DNA of 60,274 nt from Bacteroidales bacterium (lineage in GTDB: Bacteria > Bacteroidota > Bacteroidia > Bacteroidales > GWA2-32-17): positions 1 through 60,274 of the forward strand of contig JAOADU010000035.1 in assembly GCA_026417155.1 (NCBI GenBank), read 5' to 3'. The first letter of the stretch is position 1, and the number at the start of each line of letters is the position of its first letter. Positions 1 through 9,859 of this stretch are shown here, piece by piece. The notes beneath the pieces are model-generated. The model worked only from the letters and a program-made list of their open reading frames with translations. It had not been told where the DNA came from and searched no databases. Position numbers and translations under genes: made by a program.

Positions 1-340
1 AGCAACTAAAAATGGAGAATGGATAGGTTCGGCTGTAAAAACATATACCGATAAAGGTTTTTCGGGCGAATTTGTTTTAATGGTAGGTTTTTTGCCCGAT
101 GGTTCTATTTATAATATTTCTGTAATTGATCAAAAAGAAACACCAGGATTAGGAACTAAAATGTCTGAACCTAAATTTAAAGATCAGTTTAAGCAAAAAA
201 ATCCTGAAAAGAATAATTTGACTGTAAAAAAAGATGGTGGCGAAATAGATGCTATCACAGCAAGTACTATTACATCACGAGCATTTTGCGATGCTGTTCA
301 TCGTGCTTATGAAGCATTTAAAAAAGGAGGTGCCCAATGA
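1..340 (+). CDS. rnfG: Rnf electron-transport complex subunit G, C-terminal part (5' end outside window)
   Basis: Frame is open from position 2 (ATKNGEWIGSAVK...) into the listed ORF 80-340. Carries ETPGLG and DAITASTITS, the FMN-attachment Thr motif of the RnfG/NqrC family. Stop overlaps the rnfE start (ATGA at 337-340). Confidence 0.85.
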   Translation, partial: ATKNGEWIGSAVKTYTDKGFSGEFVLMVGFLPDGSIYNISVIDQKETPGLGTKMSEPKFKDQFKQKNPEKNNLTVKKDGGEIDAITASTITSRAFCDAVHRAYEAFKKGGAQ

Positions 341-930
341 ACTATGTAAAAGAATTTACCAAAGGATTTATTAAAGAAAACCCGTTGTTGGTTTTAGCTT
401 TAGGGATGTGTCCTTCGTTGGCTGTAACAACATCTGCCATTAATGGACTAGGAATGGGGGCTGCTACTACGTTTGTGCTAGTAATGTCAAATGTATTGAT
501 TGCATTGTTAAAGAATTTTATTCCCAATAAAGTTCGTATCCCTGCTTTTATTGTTATTATTGCTACATTTGTTACTATAGTTGATTTAACTATGAATGCG
601 TTTTTGCCCGATTTATACAAAGCATTAGGAATTTTTATTCCCTTAATAGTTGTGAATTGCATTATTTTAGGTCGCGCCGAAGCTTTTGCACAAAAAAATA
701 ACGTATTGGCATCATTGCTTGATGGCTTGGGGATGGGCTTAGGATTTACATTAGCTATATTTGTTGTTGGTTCTATTCGCGAAATTTTAGGAAATGGATC
801 ATTTTTCGATATAAAGTTTGTTTCAGAAAATGCCAGTACCGTGCTTTTGTTTATCATGCCACCGGGTGCGTTTATTACACTTGGTTATATTATGTTATTA
901 ATGAATAAGTTAAAATCAAAATTAAATTAA
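337..930 (+). CDS. rnfE: Rnf complex subunit E
   Basis: 197-aa polytopic membrane ORF. MCPSLAVTTSAINGLGMG and NCIILGRAEAFA motifs are typical of RnfE/NqrD. Sits between rnfG and rnfA in the canonical G-E-A order. Confidence 0.9.
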   Translation: MNYVKEFTKGFIKENPLLVLALGMCPSLAVTTSAINGLGMGAATTFVLVMSNVLIALLKNFIPNKVRIPAFIVIIATFVTIVDLTMNAFLPDLYKALGIFIPLIVVNCIILGRAEAFAQKNNVLASLLDGLGMGLGFTLAIFVVGSIREILGNGSFFDIKFVSENASTVLLFIMPPGAFITLGYIMLLMNKLKSKLN

Positions 931-936
931 CGAGCT

Positions 937-1512
937 ATGGATATAGTAAATATTATCATTTTAGCATTACTGGTCAATAATGTAGTATTAGCTCAATTTT
1001 TAGGAATTTGCCCTTTTTTAGGTGTATCACAACGCATTTCAACTTCGATTGGAATGGGAGCAGCTGTTGTATTTGTAATGACTATCGCTAATTTAGTTAC
1101 ATATCTATTGTTTAATTTTGTTTTAGCTTCGTTGCAAATACAGTTTATGCAAACCATAACTTTTATTTTGGTAATTGCATCGCTTGTTCAAATTGTTGAA
1201 ATTATTCTAAAAAAAGTAAGCCCTCCATTGTATCAGGCATTAGGGATATATTTGCCTTTAATTACTACCAACTGTGCAGTATTGGGTACAGCTATTTTGG
1301 CAATAACAAAAAATTATAATCTCGTACATAGTTTAGTTTATGCAGTATCTACGGGTTTAGGATTTACGTTAGCTCTCATTTTAATGGCAGGATTACGTGA
1401 GCAACTCGAACTCACAGGAGTACCGAAATCGATGAAAGGATTCCCGATTACACTTATTACTGCTGGAATGCTTTCATTAGCATTTATGGGTTTTGCTGGA
1501 TTGGTTAAATAA
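937..1512 (+). CDS. rnfA: Rnf complex subunit A
   Basis: 191-aa polytopic membrane ORF. LGICPFLGVS and TNCAVLG motifs match the RnfA/NqrE family. Starts 6 nt after rnfE. Confidence 0.9.
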   Translation: MDIVNIIILALLVNNVVLAQFLGICPFLGVSQRISTSIGMGAAVVFVMTIANLVTYLLFNFVLASLQIQFMQTITFILVIASLVQIVEIILKKVSPPLYQALGIYLPLITTNCAVLGTAILAITKNYNLVHSLVYAVSTGLGFTLALILMAGLREQLELTGVPKSMKGFPITLITAGMLSLAFMGFAGLVK

Positions 1513-1596
1513 GCATTAACTTTAATCTTTGTTTTAAATTTTTCAGGTTTTAAAATTTCATTTACTTTTGCATCAAAATTGTAAAGAAAATTAATA

Positions 1597-3528
1597 ATGA
1601 ATTATTATTGCATTTACCTATTTGCTATTATATTTTCTATATTAACAATCAATTCGTACACTCAAGAGGTAAAAAAATCATCGGAAATAGAAGTAGTTCA
1701 AGGAAAAAAGTATTACATACATACCGTACAAAAGGGCGAAACCTTGTATAGCATCGCAAAAGCATACGAAGTGAGTATGGATGCTATTGCTTATGAAAAT
1801 CCCGATGTTTTTCAAGGGATTAAACCCGAACAAAAATTAAAAATACCTATTTTGGCGACTCCTTTCGAAAAAAAAGAACACGAAGTGCAAAAGGGCGAGA
1901 CATTGTATGGTATTGCTAAAAAATACAATACTACCATTGAAGAAATTGTGCAATTAAACCCCGACGTAATAAAGGGAATTAAACCAGGTCAACTATTGAT
2001 GATTCCTGTTAGAACTGTAGCATCAGCCGATTATCAGCAGCCAAAAAATGTCGTTGAGCAAAAAAATATCCCGTCTGCTAATGTTACCAAACACATAGTA
2101 AAGAAAGGTGAAACTATTTATGGAATCTGCAAACTATACAATATCGAACAAGAAAAATTGTACGAGTGGAATCCTTCGTTAAAACAAGTCAATTTGCAAG
2201 TAGGACAAGAATTGCTTATATACGCTACACCAAAATCAAACGAATTAAATACAAAAACAACAAAAGAAACTGAAAACATAGATACCAATATAAAACAAAA
2301 TTCAACCACAATAAAAGCAATTGAAGCGATTGATTGTCAAAAAGCAATTCAAACAAAAACAATTAAAGTAGCCATATTGCTCCCCTTGCAAAATGATTTT
2401 GCGATTTTAGAAGAAGAAGAAAGTTCAACAGATCCGAATATAAAATTATCGCCAAAGTCATATCTCGAGTTTTACGAAGGCTTTTTATTGGCTATCGATT
2501 CTATTAGAAAATCAGGCACCAACATTGAATTATGGCAATATGAAATAAAACGAGATTCTTCGAAAGTTATTCAATTATTGAATGATAAAAATTTACAAAA
2601 TGCCGATCTTATTATAGGTCCGTTTCATGAAAATATTTTCGAAATGGTTGCTTCATGGGCAGAATCAAAACAGATTCCGGTAATTAATCCTGTGATGCCA
2701 TCAAATAAAGCATTATACAATTGTTCTAATGTTATACAACTAAATACAACTTTAAATTCACAAATTGAGCAATTTGCTCGGTATATGGCTTCGTTCGATA
2801 GTTTAAATATGATTATTGTGCATACTAACTCGAACGAAGATATACAAATTTTAACAATCTATAAAAAACACTATATAGAATCTTATACCGATAATTTTAA
2901 ATCAAAATTGCCTTCTTTAAAGGAGATAAATTACCATCAATCGGGACAGGAAGGATTAGAAAAATTACTTCATCGCAATAAAATTAACATTGTTTTTATT
3001 CCTTCTCAATCACAGGTATTTGTGATTAATTTAATGACAAAACTGAATGAACTAACTAAATCGTATCGAATAATACTTTGTTATATGCCCACTTGGAAAA
3101 AGTTTGAAAACAACATAGAGTTAGAGCATTTATTTAATTTAAACACCCATGCTTTTCAGCCATTTTATATTGATTACAATAGGCCAGAGGTTAACAATTT
3201 TGTTCGATTTTATCGCTTTTATTTCAAAACCGATCCCAGCCGACTGAGTTTTTTAGGTTTTGATGCAGGCATTTATTTTCTTTCGATGATTAAAAATTAC
3301 GGAAAATCATTCTATTCATGCATAAATCACTGCGATGCTAAAACGTTATCATCAAATTTCTATTTCGAAAAAGTAGGTAAAAATGGTGGTTACGAAAACA
3401 AAGGATTATTTATATTACGTTACGATAATGTTGAAAACAATTTACTACTTTCTAACATTGTGCACGACAAGTTTATACAACCTTTGTTTATGCCGTCTAT
3501 AGAAGTAAGAAAATTGCCTAAATATTAA
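1597..3528 (+). CDS. Secreted LysM-repeat protein with large C-terminal periplasmic-binding-protein-like region
   Basis: Signal peptide MNYYCIYLFAIIFSILTINSYTQ. Three LysM repeats (HTVQKGETLYSIAKAY, HEVQKGETLYGIAKKY, HIVKKGETIYGICKLY). The PBP-like call for the C-terminal ~400 aa is from memory of similar Bacteroidota proteins and is unverified. Confidence 0.75.
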   Translation: MNYYCIYLFAIIFSILTINSYTQEVKKSSEIEVVQGKKYYIHTVQKGETLYSIAKAYEVSMDAIAYENPDVFQGIKPEQKLKIPILATPFEKKEHEVQKGETLYGIAKKYNTTIEEIVQLNPDVIKGIKPGQLLMIPVRTVASADYQQPKNVVEQKNIPSANVTKHIVKKGETIYGICKLYNIEQEKLYEWNPSLKQVNLQVGQELLIYATPKSNELNTKTTKETENIDTNIKQNSTTIKAIEAIDCQKAIQTKTIKVAILLPLQNDFAILEEEESSTDPNIKLSPKSYLEFYEGFLLAIDSIRKSGTNIELWQYEIKRDSSKVIQLLNDKNLQNADLIIGPFHENIFEMVASWAESKQIPVINPVMPSNKALYNCSNVIQLNTTLNSQIEQFARYMASFDSLNMIIVHTNSNEDIQILTIYKKHYIESYTDNFKSKLPSLKEINYHQSGQEGLEKLLHRNKINIVFIPSQSQVFVINLMTKLNELTKSYRIILCYMPTWKKFENNIELEHLFNLNTHAFQPFYIDYNRPEVNNFVRFYRFYFKTDPSRLSFLGFDAGIYFLSMIKNYGKSFYSCINHCDAKTLSSNFYFEKVGKNGGYENKGLFILRYDNVENNLLLSNIVHDKFIQPLFMPSIEVRKLPKY

Positions 3529-4493
3529 AAATGATCTTCTATGATGTGACTAAGCAGTTCAGTCATGCTTATACCGTAATAACGAGCTTGTTGAGGAATA
3601 ATGCTCGCTTCAGACATCCCCGGAATGGTATTTATTTCGAGAAAATAAAGTTGTTGATTTCGTACGATATAGTCTATCCGCACAACACCTTTGCAACCCA
3701 GAAAGTCGTAAATTTGTGAAGTGTACGATTGGCAGGTTTCATATACATGATGAGGAATACGTGCTGGAGTTATTTCTTCCGACATGCCGGGAGTATATTT
3801 GGCTTCATAATCAAAGAATTCTTTTTTAGGTACAATTTCAGTAATAGGCAATACTGCCGAAAATGTTTTAGTCTTAACAACTCCACACGAAATTTCAATG
3901 CCTTGAATAAATTCTTCAATAATCACTTCATTATCTTCATTAAAAGCTGCAGATAGAGCATGTTCAAATTCATCAATACTTTTTACTTTTGATGTTCCGC
4001 AACTACTACCACCATTGTTTGGTTTGACAAAAACAGGCAGGCCTAAATGTTTAATAATTTGTTTTATATCGTAGCTTTCGTTTTTCCTTAATAATAATGA
4101 TTTTGCCATGTTGACTGGGAGAGGCTGAATGGCTTGTTTGCAAAAATATTTATTAAATGTTAATGCTGATACTAACGATGGACATGTGGAATGTGGAATA
4201 CCAAGCATTTCAAGATAACCCGGAAGTAATCCATTTTCGCCGGGAGCACCATGTATAATAATATACGCAAAGTCGAAACGAATGATGTTATGGTTCTCTT
4301 CTATGCTAAAATTGTTTAAATTTAAGCTTTTACCATTTTTATCAGGATAAAAAAAACCTTCTTTGCAAACAAGGACAGGAAAAACATTGTATTTATTTTT
4401 ATCCAGCCAGTTTATGACTTGTTTCGAGCTTTTTACAGAAATATCATACTCCGAAGAGTAGCCACCGTACAATACAGCTATATTTCGTTTCAT
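3525..4493 (-). CDS. ddl: D-alanine--D-alanine ligase
   Basis: 322 aa. IAVLYGGYSSEYDISVKSS N-terminus, IIIHGAPGENG, and an ATP-grasp C-terminal half ending LEINTIPGMSEASIIPQQA. Confidence 0.9.
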   Translation of the reverse strand: MKRNIAVLYGGYSSEYDISVKSSKQVINWLDKNKYNVFPVLVCKEGFFYPDKNGKSLNLNNFSIEENHNIIRFDFAYIIIHGAPGENGLLPGYLEMLGIPHSTCPSLVSALTFNKYFCKQAIQPLPVNMAKSLLLRKNESYDIKQIIKHLGLPVFVKPNNGGSSCGTSKVKSIDEFEHALSAAFNEDNEVIIEEFIQGIEISCGVVKTKTFSAVLPITEIVPKKEFFDYEAKYTPGMSEEITPARIPHHVYETCQSYTSQIYDFLGCKGVVRIDYIVRNQQLYFLEINTIPGMSEASIIPQQARYYGISMTELLSHIIEDHF

Positions 4494-4782
4494 TTTTTAT
4501 TTTAAAGTTACGATAAAAACGATAAGCCTTTCATGTATTTTTTTCAAAAGTTATTAACTATGATTTTTTAATTTTTCAGATGAAACATTTTTTATACCAC
4601 TGGCAACCTGTTAGTACTTTATTAATACTCTTTGACAGGGATTTCAGAGATACTATGTATTGCTAGTGTCCTGAATGAAAGATAAATGAAATGTGGTTGC
4701 TGTGTAATGCTGATAACATAAATCACTGCTATTATATTTAACTTAAGGTGTTAAGTTTTTAAAGATAAATTCGATAAAAGAT

Positions 4783-4790
4783 TAATTTTG
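4783..4790 (+). promoter_or_regulatory. Candidate Bacteroidota -7 promoter box (TAATTTTG) for the lipid kinase gene
   Basis: Matches TAnnTTTG, 21 nt upstream of ATG 4811. No clean TTTG -33 box seen. Confidence 0.3.
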
Positions 4791-4810
4791 TTGCAGAAAA
4801 TTCTATAAGA

Positions 4811-5713
4811 ATGGTTCGTAAACGTATTTTATTTGTCATAAATCCCATTGCTGGTAAAGGTAAATACTCAGAAACATTATCGTTAATACAGACACAATTG
4901 AGTAATAAATATGAGGTTGATATATTAGAATGGTCTGATGCTTCGATGAAATTAACTCAGCAAATTGTTAACCAATTGCAATTGAAGCCATACCATTATT
5001 TGTTAGTTGCTGGTGGTGATGGAACAGTTAATCAATCGGCTCAGGCACTTATTAACAGGAACGAAGTAATGGCTATTTTACCAATAGGTTCGGGGAATGG
5101 TTTGGCAAGGCATTTAAAAATACCTATGAACATAGCAAAAGCATTACATGTGTTAGATGAGGGTAAAGTAGTGGAAATAGATGCTATTTGTTGGGATGGG
5201 GGAATTGCTTTTTGTTCGTCGGGAATAGGTTATGATGCTCATGTTGCTCATTTGTTTGCACATGCAGGGAAGCGAGGGTTATTTACCTATGTAAAAATGG
5301 TGTTGCGTTCGTTCTTTGAATATAAATCAAAGCAGTATTCAATTAATTGTAATGGGAATACAAAAGTTGTCAATGCTTTTTTTATTACTATTGCTAATGC
5401 CAATCAGTGGGGAAATAATGTGCGGGTAGCACCTAAAGCATCTGTTACAGATGGATTGTTAAATGTGATTGTCTTATTGACTTTTAAATGGTACCAAATT
5501 CCTGCATTATGTGTGCGATTGTTTACGTCAACATTTCATCGGTCTAAAAATGTAATAGAATTAAAAACCGAAAAATGCAGTATCTCTTCACATGGCATAG
5601 AAGAAATAGAAGGTCATTACGACGGAGAACCAACAATTTTTAGATTACCTATGAATTTTAGTTGTATCCCGAAATGTGTAAAAGTATTAGTTCCTCAAAA
5701 AAGTGAAATATAA
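4811..5713 (+). CDS. Diacylglycerol-kinase-family lipid kinase (YegS/BmrU type)
   Basis: 300 aa. Carries ILFVINPIAGKGK, VAGGDGTVNQ and PIGSGNGLARHL catalytic-domain motifs. Confidence 0.8.
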   Translation: MVRKRILFVINPIAGKGKYSETLSLIQTQLSNKYEVDILEWSDASMKLTQQIVNQLQLKPYHYLLVAGGDGTVNQSAQALINRNEVMAILPIGSGNGLARHLKIPMNIAKALHVLDEGKVVEIDAICWDGGIAFCSSGIGYDAHVAHLFAHAGKRGLFTYVKMVLRSFFEYKSKQYSINCNGNTKVVNAFFITIANANQWGNNVRVAPKASVTDGLLNVIVLLTFKWYQIPALCVRLFTSTFHRSKNVIELKTEKCSISSHGIEEIEGHYDGEPTIFRLPMNFSCIPKCVKVLVPQKSEI

Positions 5714-6353
5714 AGAAAACATAGAAATTAAACGATTTTGGATAGCAGTCTTTTTTCCTGCTATATATGTTTTTATTATTTGGTTTGTTTATTTTTTGGA
5801 AATCGTTTTTGAAGTAGATTTTTCGCATTATGGTGTATATCCTCAAAAATTAAAAGGGTTAATAGGTATATTATTTTCTCCGTTGATTCATGGTAGTTGG
5901 GAACATCTTGTGTCGAATTCTATTCCGTTACTGGTCTTAGGTACCATGTTATTTTATTTTTATCCGAAATCATCTTGGAAAGTTTTCTTATTATTATACT
6001 TTATAACGAGTTTATGGGTATGGGTAGGAGCCAGACAGGCGTATCATATCGGAGCAAGTGGAATAATTTATGGATTGGCTGCATTTATTTTTACTAGTGG
6101 AGTATTGTTAAAGAGCATATCTTTGCTTGCTATTTCATTATTAGTTGTTTTTTTGTATGGAAGTATGGTTTGGGGTATTTTTCCTATTCAATGGAAATAT
6201 TCTTGGGAATCGCATTTATCTGGATTTGTATTAGGAGTTATTTTAGCAGTATATTTTAGAAAAGAGAACACGTATCAAGAAATTCTACCCGATTGGATGA
6301 GTGAAAATGACGACGATTCAGAAACGGATATAAATGATATTGAAAAAGAATAA
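5703..6353 (+). CDS. Rhomboid-family intramembrane serine protease
   Basis: Polytopic membrane ORF with WEHLVSNS (H..N), GASGIIYGL (GxSG catalytic Ser) and a late SHLSGFVLG His. The only in-frame start is GTG 5703, which overlaps the kinase gene by 11 nt. Confidence 0.75.
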   Translation: MKYKENIEIKRFWIAVFFPAIYVFIIWFVYFLEIVFEVDFSHYGVYPQKLKGLIGILFSPLIHGSWEHLVSNSIPLLVLGTMLFYFYPKSSWKVFLLLYFITSLWVWVGARQAYHIGASGIIYGLAAFIFTSGVLLKSISLLAISLLVVFLYGSMVWGIFPIQWKYSWESHLSGFVLGVILAVYFRKENTYQEILPDWMSENDDDSETDINDIEKE

Positions 6354-6364
6354 CTGATGATCGA

Positions 6365-7603
6365 TTAAAATAATTTTGAAAAGGAACATTGAAAAATTGA
6401 ATTGTATGGGGAATTGGGCAAAATGAAACTAAGTGGATTGGACAGGTAGCCTGAAATAGACCATTGATTTTTTTTGAACCGAAAACTTACAAACGGATTG
6501 ATTAAAGAAAATCCTGAAAATGTGCATCCCGTTGATATAGAAAATGTTGGGTAAATAGAAAATGTTTGGCTAACAAAGAATTCAGGTAATGGTTGTTCTG
6601 TATGAAAAATATACATAGTGCCAAAATTTGTACTAGACAATAATGGGTGTTGCCAATGCTTAGATATAGAAAATTTGACAATCTCTGGAAGCCGCAAGTA
6701 TGATATGTTCGAATCAATGAACGATTGAAAGTACTGCTTTATGCTATCATTTTGAAGCAAGCCATTGGATATGGTTGGTGTAGATAAAATGTTTTGAATT
6801 TCAATGCCTTCGAATGTTATAGATGTATCTATATGAGCATATTGGCTGTTTTTACCGAGCCGTGTAAAACCCAATTGATAAGAATAGAAAGAAAACTCTG
6901 TTTTTATAGGTTTAATAATCCATCGTAACGACATGTTAAACGATAAACCCGGTTGATATTGTTTGCTTGCTTGGTATATGCCTTTTAAGCCCATATGAAT
7001 ATAAGTTCCATCATCGGCTGTATAAACATTGCCTTTGCTGATATTTAAAGATTGTATTTCCTTAAAAATATGAAAATTTATATCTAATAAAGCATGAATA
7101 TCGAATGTTGGATTATTTTTTATTGTTCTTGTTAATCCAAGTGTAGCTGTGCCATAATTAAAAAAATTGATTTTAGTTTGGTCGAAGTTTACATTTTTAC
7201 CCGCAAAATTTTTATTTCCATACATGATTAAACGAATAGCATCTTCGCTCGTTTTCACAGAAGAAAATTGATGATAATTTATGCTGGCATGTATGCCTAA
7301 ATTATCTATACCAAACAACGTATCGGGTTTGATAAATACATGAACTTCATTGATCCAGTCGTACAATGCTAAGAATGGATCGTGTAATGGGTTTGTATCT
7401 TTTATTTTTTTTGATATGTATTGATTTGTACGTATGTTTTTTACAAAATTTTTAGATAAACTGTTTGATTGTAAGCAATATTGAACGTTTGCTATAAATA
7501 AATTTGTTGTGCTATCGTTACTGGCAATTATATTATACGTTGATAATACTTGTGATTTTATTGTATAAGATATTAAAAAACAAAGAATCGTAATCCATTT
7601 CAT
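6365..7603 (-). CDS. Predicted outer-membrane beta-barrel protein, function unknown
   Basis: 412 aa. Signal peptide MKWITILCFLISYTIKSQ, alternating aromatic/polar beta-strand-like pattern, C-terminal ...FSKLF ending in Phe. Its ATG overlaps the upstream gene's TGA (ATGA at 7600-7603). Confidence 0.6.
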   Translation of the reverse strand: MKWITILCFLISYTIKSQVLSTYNIIASNDSTTNLFIANVQYCLQSNSLSKNFVKNIRTNQYISKKIKDTNPLHDPFLALYDWINEVHVFIKPDTLFGIDNLGIHASINYHQFSSVKTSEDAIRLIMYGNKNFAGKNVNFDQTKINFFNYGTATLGLTRTIKNNPTFDIHALLDINFHIFKEIQSLNISKGNVYTADDGTYIHMGLKGIYQASKQYQPGLSFNMSLRWIIKPIKTEFSFYSYQLGFTRLGKNSQYAHIDTSITFEGIEIQNILSTPTISNGLLQNDSIKQYFQSFIDSNISYLRLPEIVKFSISKHWQHPLLSSTNFGTMYIFHTEQPLPEFFVSQTFSIYPTFSISTGCTFSGFSLINPFVSFRFKKNQWSISGYLSNPLSFILPNSPYNSIFQCSFSKLF

Positions 7604-9759
7604 TGTTTATTGTTTTGAATAATGTAGTTAAAATCGCCAATCAATTTTAATTGTAGCATGTAATCATTAAAAATTTTAATATGTTGATATTGCGGTATAG
7701 AATTAAATTTTGCTTTAATGTAGAAATATTTAGCTTTTAGAATTTTATTAAGTTTTTGTGGTGTAAAGGGAATAATATTTTTTGAATCTTTTGGTGTTTC
7801 TACTTTGTTTGTTGCAGAATTTACAATTCCAGCTTGAATAAAAATAGGCGTTGTATGAAGCGAATCGTAAACAACTTTGTTAGAGTCGAGTGTATAGATA
7901 AAAACATTTATATCGAGCGGAAAATAATTTCTTGCATGAAGAATGATATTACCATCTTGAATATTATTTATATTTATTGAGTTGATTTTGACTTCTACGG
8001 TATCAGTTAGTATTAGAGAATTTACATAAAAAGACAAAGGAAGCTCTGCATTAAGTTTTACTGAGATGCCATCGCCATAATAAAGAAAATCTGATGCTTG
8101 CGATGGTGTAGGTAGTGGTATTTGTTCGTTTAGTTGTAATCGCAATTTATAATTTAAACGATTGGGCAAAACGCTTACTAAGTCGTGAATATTTGAATTT
8201 TGATGATTTATGTTTAATGTATTAACGGTAGGAGAAACATCAATTTGTGTATTGACAGGATCTATGGGCTTTTGAATTTGAAGTGGAGTGGAAAGAATAC
8301 TACCACTTAGCGATACTTGTTGATTTTGCTGAATATTTTTTGCTGTTAGTTCCTGTATGTATGCTTTTGCTGTTGTGCCTATTTGATTTTCTATGCAAAT
8401 AGAAAATAACGCTTGGTCGAAATGAATTCCTTCGGCAAAAATATTATTAAGAAATGTAAAGTTAGTAGATGAATCGATGCTTACTTCTTTAAAACCAAAG
8501 AAACCTTTTACGTAGTCGGGGATAATGTTTAAAAAGCGACATTTTGCAGTAATGCTATCATTTTTTGTTAATGTGATAAATTCACCCGTAGAATCAATAG
8601 AAGCTGTAACTTTGTAATAAAGTGAATTTACGGTGTCGGGGTCAATAATTTGATTATTGTTTAAATCACCTTGCTGAACTTCAAATTCGTGAATGCCTCT
8701 AAACTTAATTCGATACTGACTTAGATCAATTTGTGTTTGTATTTGAGTAGGATTAACACCATCGGAAGCGGGAACAGTAATTTGAAGTTGAAAGGGTTGT
8801 CCGTTTTTTTTAGCAGCAGGGAGGCTAAAATTTACGTATAAGTTTTGCGTAATTGTATTTTGAAATTCAAGTTCCATTGTTCCAGATCGTAACCATAGTT
8901 CCGATACTTGCATACTATCGGGTAATGAAAAACGCAAAATATCGTTGTATTTTAATAATTCCTGAGATGGGAATCGCGCAATTGCCGAGTCTATTTTAAG
9001 ATTTTTTAAGCTAATTTGAGCTGTTGCTGATTGATTTGTGTCAATAATTACAGGAGTGAATGTTCCTGGAGATGATACAGTAAAGAAAGCCATTAACAAA
9101 CTATCGAGTACAATGTTGCTTAGCGTAATGGAACGTGTTTGTTGAGAATTCGGAGGAATCAACGAAAAAGCATCATTTATAAGTGTTTCTGATGTAGAAA
9201 CTTTTTTTAAAGAAAAAGCTAAATTGCTTAAAGCTATGGGCAATTGATTATTTATAGTAATTTCAAGCGTTGCTTCATTGATATATATGTATTTAAAATA
9301 ATTACCCATGTTTACTTTAATGCTGTCGTAATTATACGGACCAAAACTTGTTAACTGTGTGGGCTGTCCTGTATTATGTGCTGTCATGATTGCTGTATAT
9401 ATGGGACTTGAACTACCATTTTGCTCTTTATCTTTAAGGGCAATACTTCCCATAGAAACACGATAAGAGTATGTATAAGGATTTAATGATAAGTTATTTA
9501 AACTAGCTGTGTATTGAAACGATGTATCGTTCAAACGTATGATTGTATCTAACGTAAAACTAGGAAGTTGAGTTTGATATATTAAAGAAACAGACTGATC
9601 ATTATTGATTTTTTTTATACTATCGGCCAAAAGATTACTAATGTTAATGTTTGTATAGGCTATAGGAACAAGTAAATCGGCATCCCACGATGGTTTAATA
9701 TCATCCTTTTTGCACGATACAAAAAAAATTAATAATAATGCAATAATAAAATATTTCAT
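7600..9759 (-). CDS. Predicted large lipoprotein, function unknown
   Basis: Start moved to ATG 9759, giving MKYFIIALLLIFFVSC with a lipobox Cys. The ORF-track start 9894 would overlap pheT and its promoter. 719 aa, N/Q/S/T-rich, with repeated beta-sandwich-like segments. Confidence 0.65.
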   Translation of the reverse strand: MKYFIIALLLIFFVSCKKDDIKPSWDADLLVPIAYTNINISNLLADSIKKINNDQSVSLIYQTQLPSFTLDTIIRLNDTSFQYTASLNNLSLNPYTYSYRVSMGSIALKDKEQNGSSSPIYTAIMTAHNTGQPTQLTSFGPYNYDSIKVNMGNYFKYIYINEATLEITINNQLPIALSNLAFSLKKVSTSETLINDAFSLIPPNSQQTRSITLSNIVLDSLLMAFFTVSSPGTFTPVIIDTNQSATAQISLKNLKIDSAIARFPSQELLKYNDILRFSLPDSMQVSELWLRSGTMELEFQNTITQNLYVNFSLPAAKKNGQPFQLQITVPASDGVNPTQIQTQIDLSQYRIKFRGIHEFEVQQGDLNNNQIIDPDTVNSLYYKVTASIDSTGEFITLTKNDSITAKCRFLNIIPDYVKGFFGFKEVSIDSSTNFTFLNNIFAEGIHFDQALFSICIENQIGTTAKAYIQELTAKNIQQNQQVSLSGSILSTPLQIQKPIDPVNTQIDVSPTVNTLNINHQNSNIHDLVSVLPNRLNYKLRLQLNEQIPLPTPSQASDFLYYGDGISVKLNAELPLSFYVNSLILTDTVEVKINSININNIQDGNIILHARNYFPLDINVFIYTLDSNKVVYDSLHTTPIFIQAGIVNSATNKVETPKDSKNIIPFTPQKLNKILKAKYFYIKAKFNSIPQYQHIKIFNDYMLQLKLIGDFNYIIQNNKQ

Positions 9760-9834
9760 ATAGTTTATTGACGCACTAAGATAATGAAAAGTTGTATATG
9801 AAAAGTCTGTGTATTTTCGAAGCACATAAATAGT

Positions 9835-9842
9835 TATCTTTG
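9835..9842 (+). promoter_or_regulatory. Candidate -7 promoter box (TATCTTTG) for pheT
   Basis: Matches TAnnTTTG, 18 nt upstream of ATG 9860. Confidence 0.35.
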
Positions 9843-9859
9843 CAACAAATAATAATAGC

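Noticed and set aside
342-857. 171-aa ORF antisense to rnfE
   Set aside because: It lies fully inside a gene with clear RnfE motifs on the other strand. Its translation is low-complexity with no recognisable motif, which is typical of an antisense frame in AT-rich DNA.
9721-9728. A8/A9 homopolymer tracts in surface-protein genes (9721-9728, 50784-50791, 56687-56695) as phase-variation switches
   Set aside because: Equally long A/T runs occur in essential genes here (for example in ddl near 4345-4352) and in spacers. They reflect base composition, not specific contingency loci.
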